A stretch of 64,000 bases of DNA, taken from the IMG/VR virus record IMGVR_UViG_3300048836_000416; one strand, written 5' to 3'. This document shows positions 31,476 through 40,854 of this stretch, in pieces. This DNA is from an uncultured virus (IMG/VR IMGVR_UViG_3300048836_000416). Taxonomy: Duplodnaviria; Heunggongvirae; Uroviricota; Caudoviricetes. Made by a program: the position numbers and the translations under genes. The notes under the pieces were generated by a model. It was not told the origin of the DNA. It did no database searches and saw only the letters and a list, made by a program, of their open reading frames with translations. How positions within the stretch are numbered: the first letter of the stretch is position 1; each line of letters opens with the position of its first letter.

Positions 31476-31874
31476 ATGATGAATCTTAACCAGTTATCGT
31501 ACACTATTTTCCAAGGAAACAAGGAAAAAGGATTTTGGGACCAGGAGCGAAACATTGGCGAACTGTTGATGCTTGTGACAACCGAACTGGCCGAGGCCCT
31601 GGAGGCTCACCGGAAAGGCCGCATGTGCCTGGTAAACCCCAGGAATATTTTGCCGCCGTCAATCCCTGATATGAATGCTCCGGCCACAAGCGATCCTGAT
31701 TACGCCATCCAGTTCGCTGCGACAATCAAAGACACTTTCGAGGATGAAATTGCCGACGCCATTATCCGGCTCCTGGATATGTGCGGCGGACTCAATATTG
31801 ACATTGACGCCCATATTCAGGCGAAGATGAAATACAACCGCACCCGTCCACGCTTACACGGAAAGGCGTATTAA
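31476..31874 (+). CDS. MazG-like nucleotide pyrophosphohydrolase
   Basis: LMLVTTELAEALEAHRK ... EDEIADAIIRLLD ... KMKYNRTR. Confidence 0.9.
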   Translation: MMNLNQLSYTIFQGNKEKGFWDQERNIGELLMLVTTELAEALEAHRKGRMCLVNPRNILPPSIPDMNAPATSDPDYAIQFAATIKDTFEDEIADAIIRLLDMCGGLNIDIDAHIQAKMKYNRTRPRLHGKAY

Positions 31875-31928
31875 AAAACTTGCCGCCACCGAATAATATT
31901 TTTACCTTTGCGTAAAAATATAAAAACA

Positions 31929-32339
31929 ATGGTAGCATTAAACAAATTGGATTTGACGGAAAACGTTAGATACTGCCTGGAGAAACTGGCAGACGGGACC
32001 GTGGAGGGGAAAGTGATTGAGTTTCTTTACAGCATCGATCTGATTGACGGCCAGGTAAAGAAGGGCCATCACAAAGAGGCGGATATGAACGCGCTCCAGA
32101 AGGCGCAAACGACGGTGGACCTTGAACACACTGAATATAATTCCCGGGAACTCACCGAGATTCTTGGGATCGAGTGGACCAATTGCTCCAATATCATCAC
32201 CCGGCTCCAGAAGCGGGGGATAGCCGTTCGCCGCACTGACGGACGCAAGCGGTACGTCTCCCTCAAGTGGGAGATTGTTCAACAGTTACACGAGGCCATC
32301 ACCAACGGGCGCATAGTCCCGGCAAAAGAACTCACATGA
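31929..32339 (+). CDS. Winged-helix (MarR-like) transcription regulator
   Basis: ELTEILGIEWTNCSNIITRLQKRGIAVRRTDGRKRYV; TACCTTTG promoter at 31903. Confidence 0.75.
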   Translation: MVALNKLDLTENVRYCLEKLADGTVEGKVIEFLYSIDLIDGQVKKGHHKEADMNALQKAQTTVDLEHTEYNSRELTEILGIEWTNCSNIITRLQKRGIAVRRTDGRKRYVSLKWEIVQQLHEAITNGRIVPAKELT

Positions 32340-32521
32340 GCAATCCGATCCTTTTTACACCAGAAGATTTCCGCCTGGCCGAGGCAGAACAGGCGATCCG
32401 CGACCGCCTAAAGGTCCGACAACCGGAACACACCCCGGAGCCGCCAGAGGTTAAATGCCCCAGGTGTGGCGCCAATGTGATATGTATCCCACTGACCTGT
32501 AAGAGTAACCAATCCCAATAA
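32336..32521 (+). CDS. Small Cys-rich protein
   Basis: CPRCG...C...C motif; stop codon lies 7 nt before attC-like site 1. Confidence 0.55.
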   Translation: MSNPILFTPEDFRLAEAEQAIRDRLKVRQPEHTPEPPEVKCPRCGANVICIPLTCKSNQSQ

Positions 32522-32527
32522 TTATTG

Positions 32528-32595
32528 AAGATAACTGCGGCTTGTACGTCGCGCCGGCGCATAGCCGGTCGGTGTACGGGCAAGCAGGGTTAGCC
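32528..32595 (+). repeat. attC-like hairpin 1
   Basis: AAGATAAC ... imperfect inverted repeat (GCTTG/CAAGC, GTAC/GTAC, CCGGC/GCCGG) ... GTTAGCC. Confidence 0.65.
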
Positions 32596-33040
32596 GAATA
32601 TTCAAATTTAAAACACATCCAACATGAAGAATTTGAAAGTAATAAAACTCGACTCTGATTCGATTGAGTTTGACAACGGCGTGAAGTTGTATTCAAATCA
32701 CGAACAAGATTGCTGCGAAAACCATTATTTAAGCCTTGATGACTTAACGTTAGGGGATTTTGAGGGGCTTGAATTTGACTTAACCAGTGATGATTTTTTT
32801 GAACGAATTGACGGCTACGGAATAGCCCTAAAACCAATTAGTGGACACCCCGTCCGCATTCCAGGATACGGTTCAAACAACGGCTATTATTTATCACACT
32901 TAGACCTAATCGTGACCGATGGGAAGGGCTACGAAAAAACCTATGACATTTCAGAGTGTCAAGTGGTATCCGATTAAGTTTTGGCTAACCATAAACCTTC
33001 CGATGCTGAGCGATTAGCGAAATTAGTCGGAAGGGTGCAG
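32590..33040 (+). mobile_element. Integron-like single-gene cassette (451 bp)
   Basis: Starts at G|TTAGCC; AT-rich ORF is followed by GGCTAAC, the exact complement, then a hairpin ending G|TTATCTT. Confidence 0.6.
32624..32977 (+). CDS. Acidic phage protein with HEQDCCE / GSNNGYY motifs (cassette cargo)
   Basis: 117 aa; motif pair common in phage hypothetical proteins; visibly more AT-rich than the flanks. Confidence 0.8.
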   Translation: MKNLKVIKLDSDSIEFDNGVKLYSNHEQDCCENHYLSLDDLTLGDFEGLEFDLTSDDFFERIDGYGIALKPISGHPVRIPGYGSNNGYYLSHLDLIVTDGKGYEKTYDISECQVVSD

Positions 33041-33047
33041 TTATCTT
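32983..33047 (+). repeat. attC-like hairpin 2
   Basis: GGCTAAC ... ACCTTCCGA / TCGGAAGGGT ... GTTATCTT. Confidence 0.65.
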
Positions 33048-33060
33048 TTAAGTAAAAACA

Positions 33061-33543
33061 ATGGCACGAATAACAGAATCTTTTGTGCGCGAGATTAAGG
33101 CCTTACAGTATCGAGGCGAGATATCCTACTCCAGGATGGTCGATATGTTAAATGAGAAGGCCGCAGAACCAGAATTTTTCAACCAACAACATAAAAATAT
33201 GAAAGGAACAGAGTTTGATCTGGGCGATTTGTCCCAGGCAATTGTACAGCAGGCCGGCCCCGAAATCCTGGCGACAATCAGCAACGAGAAAAAGTTGGAG
33301 AAGGTCGTCAAGTTTATCCTCGAACTGGTCCCTGGTTCGGTATCCACCGCGCTTGTTGAGAACAAGCGGATTGAGTGGGCCGGCCTCGGAGTGTTGGAAC
33401 TTACGCCAACCGCAGCAGGAGTCGGCAAGAACTTCGCCACCGGCGACCCGATCCCATTCCCGGCCGGAAACAAGGTTAAGTTCCGCACGGCAAAGCGGAT
33501 GAAGGAAGCCATCACTCAGCGTACTGGTAAACCGACCAAGTAA
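33061..33543 (+). CDS. HU/IHF-family DNA-binding protein with N-terminal extension
   Basis: RIEWAGLGVLE...GKNFATGDPIPFPAGNKVKFRTAKRMKEAI; alternative start at 33199. Confidence 0.85.
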   Translation: MARITESFVREIKALQYRGEISYSRMVDMLNEKAAEPEFFNQQHKNMKGTEFDLGDLSQAIVQQAGPEILATISNEKKLEKVVKFILELVPGSVSTALVENKRIEWAGLGVLELTPTAAGVGKNFATGDPIPFPAGNKVKFRTAKRMKEAITQRTGKPTK

Positions 33544-33619
33544 AATTGTAAGGAGTCGCAGGTTTAAATCCTGCCGGTGGCGCCTGGCCCCGAAGCGAGA
33601 GGTCTGACTGGCACCTTAT

Positions 33620-33657
33620 AAAAAAAGCCCGCAGCAATTACTCGCTGCGGGCTTTTT
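33620..33657. terminator. Bidirectional terminator
   Basis: AAAAAAGCCCGCAGC-loop-GCTGCGGGCTTTTT at the strand convergence. Confidence 0.85.
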
Positions 33658-33671
33658 CATTTTATATTACT

Positions 33672-34145
33672 TTATCGTGTTGCCATTCCCCCGCCCGGGG
33701 CGATGGCCATAAATCGCTGGCCCAATTCATCCAGGACCTTTGCTGGCATAATTCCGAGCATCTCCTCCCTCATTGCCCAGGCCCGGTTGAAGTAATCCCG
33801 GTTTAGTTTCGGTGATTGGTCTTTACAGCCGCACTCCTCCATAAATATTTTCCAGGCTTCCGCTTTTTTGTAATGCCCTCCTACATCGTAGGTCATTAAA
33901 ACGATTGTGGAGAGTTGGGCTGCGGCATTGGTCCCGGCCTGTTCGTCTACGCGGATGACTGTGGCGTTGTAGTCGTACATAACCATGAGTCCGTCCCCTT
34001 GGTAGGCTGTAACAGGACCGTGACCTGTGTTGACCGTGACAGAAGTTTGGGCTGTTGCCTCAACGGCAAAAATGAGAGTAAGGAGTCCAAGCCAAAGGCC
34101 GGCAATAAAACCCTCGTAAAGTTTTGTTTCTCTGCTTTTTCGCAT
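33672..34145 (-). CDS. Putative exported protein
   Basis: Probable start MRKSRE; hydrophobic stretch ending ATA|Q. Confidence 0.6.
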   Translation of the reverse strand: MRKSRETKLYEGFIAGLWLGLLTLIFAVEATAQTSVTVNTGHGPVTAYQGDGLMVMYDYNATVIRVDEQAGTNAAAQLSTIVLMTYDVGGHYKKAEAWKIFMEECGCKDQSPKLNRDYFNRAWAMREEMLGIMPAKVLDELGQRFMAIAPGGGMATR

Positions 34146-34206
34146 GGCGATTTTTTTAGAGATGAAACTTTCCCGGTGTCGCCGGGTATCGAGGGGGGTG
34201 TTTGGA

Positions 34207-35256
34207 TTATTTAACAAACTGAGGGGAAAGAATGCCTTCGTAGTGATCGCCAAAAAATAAGATTGGGGCGGTCCTTTCTTTGAACTGGAAATTGTCAGCG
34301 AGAGCCAACTGCTTTCCAAGGAAACTGGAAGAAAACAACGCGCCCCAATCAGGCCCCCCAGGAGGGATAGGCAAAGATCGTACCATTTGGCGTCCACCCA
34401 TGGTTTCCTTGAAAGAAACGGTCACAAACCCACCGGCCGCGCTAACGTCAATCGTAGAGTGACCGAAGGTAGACTCCATGGAGGATACGATGGCCTTGAG
34501 TTGTTTGCAACTCACCACGGCATCGAAGTACCCGGGTATTTCTTTTTGGCGAGAGAAGAAGTCAAGGAACGGAGCGCATGTGGTAGCCGGCTGATTCAGG
34601 GTGAAGTCCACCCACTCCGCCTGGAAGATGGCGGAAGATGGCGTTTTTGCAACTTGGAAGTCGCCGCCGAAGCGAAGTAGTTTCACAACTTTGTTGGCCA
34701 TCTCCTTCGAGATGCCGGCCATAAAATCGGCGCCATCGCTTTCATACAGCGACCGGCCGATTGAATTGTACCCTCCAGCGTACACGGCGCCAGATGCGTT
34801 GTCAATCCAGACGTGCTGGAACATCGCGTTAGGCGCCCCGGCGTCGGCAAGGGGCAAGACAGTAGCGATGGCGTCAGCGATCACATTGCCATCCAGCAGT
34901 AATGTACCACGCTCCGGGACTCGGAACTCCGGGTAATTGTCTTCGGTCTGCCCAAAGGTAAGTTTGCCACCACTCCAAACCAGGCTATCCTTCTTGACGG
35001 TAATCTGAGTGTCAAGCCCATCGATGGCGGACAACACCAGGGCAGCCGGCAGCAACACATCGCCGCCACCACCCAATGCCTCCGGGTCGATCCCAACTTT
35101 TACGCTGAGTTCGCCACCTATCCCGGTAACGTAGCCAATCCTGCCCATCACTTCGAGTTTGACGTACTCTTGAACGGGCTCCATAGCCACGTTTGGTAGA
35201 GCGGACGCTGCCAACTGCATGGCCTGTCTTAAAACTTTAGAGTTGATTTGTATCAT
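34207..35256 (-). CDS. DNA sliding clamp (Pol III beta-like), divergent
   Basis: 349 aa; MIQINSKVLRQAMQLA, G.VLLPA, DNYPEF and terminal YEGILSP match the three-domain DnaN layout. Confidence 0.75.
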   Translation of the reverse strand: MIQINSKVLRQAMQLAASALPNVAMEPVQEYVKLEVMGRIGYVTGIGGELSVKVGIDPEALGGGGDVLLPAALVLSAIDGLDTQITVKKDSLVWSGGKLTFGQTEDNYPEFRVPERGTLLLDGNVIADAIATVLPLADAGAPNAMFQHVWIDNASGAVYAGGYNSIGRSLYESDGADFMAGISKEMANKVVKLLRFGGDFQVAKTPSSAIFQAEWVDFTLNQPATTCAPFLDFFSRQKEIPGYFDAVVSCKQLKAIVSSMESTFGHSTIDVSAAGGFVTVSFKETMGGRQMVRSLPIPPGGPDWGALFSSSFLGKQLALADNFQFKERTAPILFFGDHYEGILSPQFVK

Positions 35257-35477
35257 ATCGCAATATTTATTGCCCAGCAGGCGATCATAAAACAGAGGAA
35301 AAGAAAATCTTTCATTTCGAGAAGTGCATTAAAACGGTGAGAAGAATAACCACCAACACTAAGACCCAGGCGAACCATGGCATCTTCGGTGGCGGCTCTG
35401 TTGGTAGGTAAGGGGGTAATTGTTTTTTGGTGTTTAATAGGTGAGTGGCAAATAGTTTTTTCAGTTTACGTGCCATA

Positions 35478-35780
35478 TCAAAGGTGTTTGAATCCTCTAA
35501 TAACTTTCGGTTTCTCAGGCTCTGGTTCTACCTCAGGTGGCTCAGGCTCCGGGATTACGTCTCGGACCATATCAACCTTCGCCAGGGGATGTATGCCCGC
35601 CTGAGCACGTAAGAACATCGTAGCCTTATGCACAAAATCAACTTGAAGTTGTACATACTGCCATTTTTGGGACTGGTACATCGACTTGACGGTGGCGAAG
35701 CCGTAAAACTCTGCCACAAACGGGTCTTCAATGCCCATATCCTCTAATATCTTAACAAACTCAGGCGGACGTAAGTACAT
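35478..35780 (-). CDS. Hypothetical protein
   Basis: 100-aa ORF in the minus-strand operon. Confidence 0.6.
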   Translation of the reverse strand: MYLRPPEFVKILEDMGIEDPFVAEFYGFATVKSMYQSQKWQYVQLQVDFVHKATMFLRAQAGIHPLAKVDMVRDVIPEPEPPEVEPEPEKPKVIRGFKHL

Positions 35781-35797
35781 CTATACAATCTTTTTGG

Positions 35798-36739
35798 CTA
35801 AAAAGGAAGTTCCCCGTCGTCTACCTTAGAACTTGCGTTCTCAACGGGTGGCTGTGCTTGCTCCCATGACCCATCCATTTTGATGTGGCCGTATGGTAGA
35901 ACCCCGGACTGCAACCCAACGTTGGTGCAGTGAGCGGCGAACATACGGAAGTCTCCACCGGTAGCATTATTCGCCGTCAAGGCAGCAAAGGCTTTTCCTA
36001 CCGTTTCGATAAACACCTTCCCTTCGCCCAACTCTTTCGTCAAAAAGGCTTTCGCCTTGTCAACGATGGAAAGCCCGGCAGGAGGAGTAACGGGAGGCGG
36101 AGGCGTTTCGGAAAGTGACAAGCCAAGTGCGGCTGGCGCCGGCATAGGAATGGAAGCGCCATCGGCTCCAACTACATTGCCACCAGTAGCCTTGCACAGT
36201 GTATGTGCGACGGACAGCCAGAAGGTGTCAGCCAGCGCCAGGTCGGTCGGGACTCCTTCGTAGAACCGGCCATTCTCATTCCACGGAAACTTGTTCGGCA
36301 AAAAGTCGCCGCGTGTTTCGGACTTGAATGCGGATGCGGTGGGCAGATCGTCTTTGCCTTGCCGGGGTTTGCGAGCGGTCCATAGGATCATAAAGCGGTT
36401 CTCCGGGTCCTCCCATGCAGGCATATCCATTGCCCCGGCGATACCGTTCATAAGGTTCGGGACAATCGGAGACTTCCAGTGCGACGATAACTGGATTTGG
36501 TAGGGGCGCATCGAAGTGTCTGTGTCAGATTTCGTGGTCACAATCATATTGATGTGCCAGCGGTCCGGGATGCGCCCAATAGCGGGCTTGAACTCCAGGT
36601 CAATGCGATCCAGGTAAACAGACAGGGATTGCGTCGTACTTCCGTCCTGGAATTTGAAGTTGCCGTTTTCGGCGTCGAGGGTGATGTAGCCAACGCTCGC
36701 TCCGGAGCGGGGGCCAACTCGTGATTCGTCACGTGCCAT
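35798..36739 (-). CDS. Putative ssDNA-binding protein
   Basis: Acidic C-terminal tail DDGELPF; own TACATTTG promoter at 36781-36788; upstream of the clamp. Confidence 0.55.
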   Translation of the reverse strand: MARDESRVGPRSGASVGYITLDAENGNFKFQDGSTTQSLSVYLDRIDLEFKPAIGRIPDRWHINMIVTTKSDTDTSMRPYQIQLSSHWKSPIVPNLMNGIAGAMDMPAWEDPENRFMILWTARKPRQGKDDLPTASAFKSETRGDFLPNKFPWNENGRFYEGVPTDLALADTFWLSVAHTLCKATGGNVVGADGASIPMPAPAALGLSLSETPPPPVTPPAGLSIVDKAKAFLTKELGEGKVFIETVGKAFAALTANNATGGDFRMFAAHCTNVGLQSGVLPYGHIKMDGSWEQAQPPVENASSKVDDGELPF

Positions 36740-37608
36740 AATACTGAGTTTGTTTAAAGGTGAACTGTTAAAAGGCGATGCAAATGTAATGATATTTTTA
36801 CTTACAAGCAAAAATATAACTATCATTTACCGAATACCGGCTGCACGCCGGCAGCGTCAAACTTTGAGTTATTTGGGAATAAAAACAAAGTCATCTTCGG
36901 TTACGTCTACATCGTGACTACTATCACCGTCTGCGACGTATGCAACCAATTCGCCGCCTTCCGCATCCGCACCGCTTGCGGTTTCGTCACCGTCTTCTAA
37001 CTCCCCTATATTCACAATCGCGCCTTTTGGAAAGGCGAGTATGTCCGGTGCAGTAATTCGTGCTCTGCCTAATTCTATCATGGCATTATATTTAATTCGT
37101 AATAATCAAGCAACAAGCCCGCCAATCAGGGCGATGAAAGGGTTTGCGTCCCAGTCACGGATTTCACCATCTACCAGGCAGTAATAGTTTCCACCCTTGG
37201 TGCGGTCAACCCAGACCTCTGAATGGTAGCCTTTAATAACCGCCTCGTCGAGCGCATTCATGGCGTCAATACATTCAGGATCGTCGGACCAGCCCTCGAA
37301 TCCTTCGTGTTCCATGGCCATTACAGCGGCCACCAGGAGAGCCAGGACTGGATTAGGAGACTTGCCTACTTCGGCGCCTTTGATCCAGGCTGAATAGGTC
37401 TTGTCTGGGTTCTGGAAGACGGACACTTTCTTGTCGGCCAGGTACGCGACAACGGCCGGGATTTTGTTCTTGAGTGTTTCATACTGTTCCATTGCCTCTG
37501 GGTCACAGATAGCCCGCAGTGTAGGGATAGCCCGGCCGTCGTGAAGGCGAAAGAAGTCCCCGTCTGGGATGGCCATGAAAGATTGGCCATTGTCTTTGAT
37601 AAAATGTG

Positions 37609-38109
37609 TCATACAAAGGTAGGTTTTGGTAGCACCTCCCGAATAAGGGTAGCGCAGAGTTTAAGATTATTTTTACGCGCCTCCGCCGCCTCCGACCCCG
37701 CCGCCCACGCCGCCTCCGACCCCGCCGCCCACGCCGCCTCCGCCGCCGCCGCCCACGCCGCCTCCGCCGCCGCCGCCCACGCCGCCGCCTCCGCCGCCGC
37801 CGCCGCCCACGCCGCCTCCGCCGCCTCCGCTAATTGTTTTTCATTAATCTTCCCTTCGGCAAAATCAAAAGCGGCTTGAAGCGCATCGAGACTTCGCTTG
37901 TCACGCATCAAATGCTTAACGGTTTCGGCGCACTTTGCTTTTGCGAGGGTAAATGTGCGTAGGTCGCACAAGTTGCCTTCTTTAATTAGCCATAGCATCC
38001 AGTCCCCGCGCTCGCACGTTTCCCACGCGGTAGCGAAGTCCATATCGCCCACCCATTCTCTCGCAGGTTTGCAGGCATCAAGTTCGATTAATTTTTCTTT
38101 GAGTGTCAT
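37609..38109 (-). CDS. Protein with Ala-rich tandem repeat
   Basis: LDACKPAREW...RGDWMLWL N-terminus, then (EAAWAAAA/EAAWAAGS)n encoded by a GCC-rich repeat at 37679-37830. Confidence 0.75.
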   Translation of the reverse strand: MTLKEKLIELDACKPAREWVGDMDFATAWETCERGDWMLWLIKEGNLCDLRTFTLAKAKCAETVKHLMRDKRSLDALQAAFDFAEGKINEKQLAEAAEAAWAAAAAEAAAWAAAAEAAWAAAAEAAWAAGSEAAWAAGSEAAEARKNNLKLCATLIREVLPKPTFV

Positions 38110-39037
38110 TTCGATTGAGTGTTTTCAGGTGAAAAAACAAGTTGCTCCTCCGGCTGCATAAAATCCAGGTCCCGGATGCGGTTATAGATAACATCCCACC
38201 CTTGCTTGGCGATCACTTCTTTGAGGAGTTTGGAACACTCCTCTTTCCAGAACGAGGCTCCCTTGTTTTCGGGCATGGCGTCGATGGCGTACTCCGAAGA
38301 GCCGACGTATTTTTCCACGTCGTAATCGGAGAAGTGGCTCAACACCTGGGGAATGGTGCATTCCTTTGCAACGTGTTCGAGCATACACTGCTCCCCGTCG
38401 AACCCGAGCATACCAACTCGCTCCAGGGACAAAAGAATTTCGTCGTCGGACAACTCCCTCGACTTATGGCGCGACACCAGTTCGGCGCAAAGCACCTCGT
38501 TTGTTACGGCCCGGAATACCGGATGATCGTCAAGAAGAACCGGACCCGGCTCCAATATGGTGATCTCTTCCAGTTTTTGGCGTTCATGGGAGAACCAAAG
38601 GTCCCCGGTTTGAAGAGCGTCATTGGGCTCCAGCAAAAGCATGAGTTTCATAATGAGTAAGATTTTAAGAACCGATCCGCCAACCAAGTTTGCGGAGCCG
38701 TTCAAGTAGAGATGATAGGTTCATTTTTTATACTTTAAAATGTCTTTGATTGTGTCAGCCAGGGCGCAAAGTTTTTCACCCTCAATTTCCTCCAGGTCAA
38801 ACCAACGCTCCCCTTCAAACTGAACCGTGCCGAACACCCCGAGGAAAGTAGAATCTTTCCCATCGAAACGAGCAGCCTCATAGGTGTCATCAATGTACGG
38901 ACGGTGGCCGGTAAATTCAATCTCCCAGTCAATGCCTTTGAGGTATTCTACCGCTTCGGCGATAATGGCTTCGGTAGCGGCGCGGAATTTTTCAGCAAAA
39001 CTTTCCATGAGTAATCTTTTTATTGGTGTAAAGATGT

Positions 39038-39094
39038 TTGCGCGGCAGGTGTCGAACCTGCTAACTCATGCCGCATCACACTAATCACGCGCAA
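39038..39094 (-). ncRNA. tRNA-like element (acceptor stem plus T-arm)
   Basis: Minus strand TTGCGCG-N26-GCAGG TTCGACA CCTGC-CGCGCAA. Confidence 0.5.
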
Positions 39095-39599
39095 CCTACC
39101 CGGCCTCATACCGGCTGCCAATTTAGGCGTTTCTTTATACCTCGTCCAGGTCAACAATAGGCTCCGGATTCCACACATGAGGGCATCCAGTGGCCACCCA
39201 GTCACGGACAATAGCCTCCCAGTCAATGCGGCATTCCGGCTGGGCCTCGACAACTTCCCCGGTCACGTCATTACGTCTGATTTTGGGAGCAATTTTGGCG
39301 TATTTGTTCAGCCCGTTTTGGGGGACCTCGACTTCGGCCTGGTAAGATTTCAGCATTGGTGGGAATTTACGGGCCACCAATTCGGAAATTTCGGTATTGC
39401 AGTGAGTTGAGGTGCCGGAGAAGTACCCGTCACACTTATCAGCAGGCAAGTGCGGCACTCCGGACTCTTCGCGGGCTTGGTCAAGGAAGTCAAGGCCAAC
39501 AAACTGGGATGGGATGTAAATTGCGCTTCCTTTGTGGGAGCGGAAATTAACTTGGAAGTTCATAATAATAGTTAGTTAAAGAGTGAAAGAATATTGGTG

Positions 39600-39652
39600 T
39601 AAAGATACGGCCCCTGATATTTTAATGCAAGGGCTAAAACGTCAATTGTCGG
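39600..39652 (-). promoter_or_regulatory. Early promoter copy A
   Basis: Near-duplicate of 43381-43432; -7 box TATCTTTA with upstream TTG. Confidence 0.65.
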
Positions 39653-40803
39653 ATACTGGCAAAACTGGTGATATTTTAACGGACAATCCTAACTTTCCAA
39701 ACGGTAGCGGCGTCTTCCTTCGCCGCCATGCGCTACCCTCCCTTATATGGTGTAGTGTTTGCACTTTCCGTAGTTGCCGAAGCCAGCAGGTACAGGCAGC
39801 CTGGGACCCGGAAAAATTGGCCTCGAAAAGGTGCCCGGTAACGGACACATTTAACGTTGATCGTGCCATGCTCCCTGGATTTGTGCCTCACGAAGGAAGC
39901 GGTGAACAATATACGGAGCAAGGTTCCGCCACCCCATTTTGCGGCCCCGGACAGATGGGGTATGGCCAATAAATTCACTAAGGTTTGGCGATGGCGCAAA
40001 CGGGTACGGCTCTTTCGATACCCAGTGCGCTGTGTACTTAACCAGGCGCCCCAAAGGCCGCACGTTGTAGGTAAAGACATAGCCGCTGTCTACCTCAACG
40101 ACCTGGGCCACTGTGCGCGGTTTTACGCTTTCATTGTACGAGCGCCGGTAAGTGTCTTGCACGGCCTGGGGTAAAGATTCAAACGGGACCCGCTTACCTA
40201 AGTGTTTGAAAGAAACGCGGCCCCGGCTCATGGTGTTAACGGCGGCAATTTCGCCGTGTTGCCAAAATCCCATCGGCCACAATGGGTCCTGAGATGAGCC
40301 AATGTACCAAAATACGCGGCCCCGCTCGTTTGTTTTCCCGTATATCAGGGTATAGCGGTCAAACGTTTCGCCGCCGTTGTCAAAACAAAGTGGTGTCTTT
40401 TTCATATAGCGCTATTATTTAAAGTGAATGTCGTTTATTGTTCCGTTGTACATGGGGTGCGTTTGGATGTCGGCCAAGAACTGCACAAACGGGTCCGTCT
40501 CAGCCGCACGGCGTTCGGCATCCAATTGCTCATATATTGCATCTTCGTGCCGCTCAGGGTCGGTTGCTTTCATCTCGTCAATTGCGCCCCAATTTGTTTT
40601 GTGCATATTGATTTCGTCACGGTCATAAACCGAAGCGGTCCCGTTTCCCACAAGTATGCAGGCAACGAACGGGAATTTTTTGGCGTAGGCGTCTTTGAGG
40701 TCGGCCACCAGGCTATTAACCTCAATGGTAAACCGGTCCTGAAATCTTGAGTTAAGTTCTTCCATGTAAGACATAGCGGTAAATTTTAATATGTTTAAGG
40801 TGG

Positions 40804-40854
40804 CTGGCTATTGGCGGCAAACTTCGCCGTGCCCGGTTGTACGGGTATAGCCAG
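40804..40854 (-). ncRNA. Three-way-junction motif copy A
   Basis: Three nested stems; loops conserved with copy B. Confidence 0.55.

Noticed and set aside
40804..40854. Hammerhead ribozyme interpretation of the three-way junction
   Set aside because: The CUGAUGA and GAAA core is absent on both strands.
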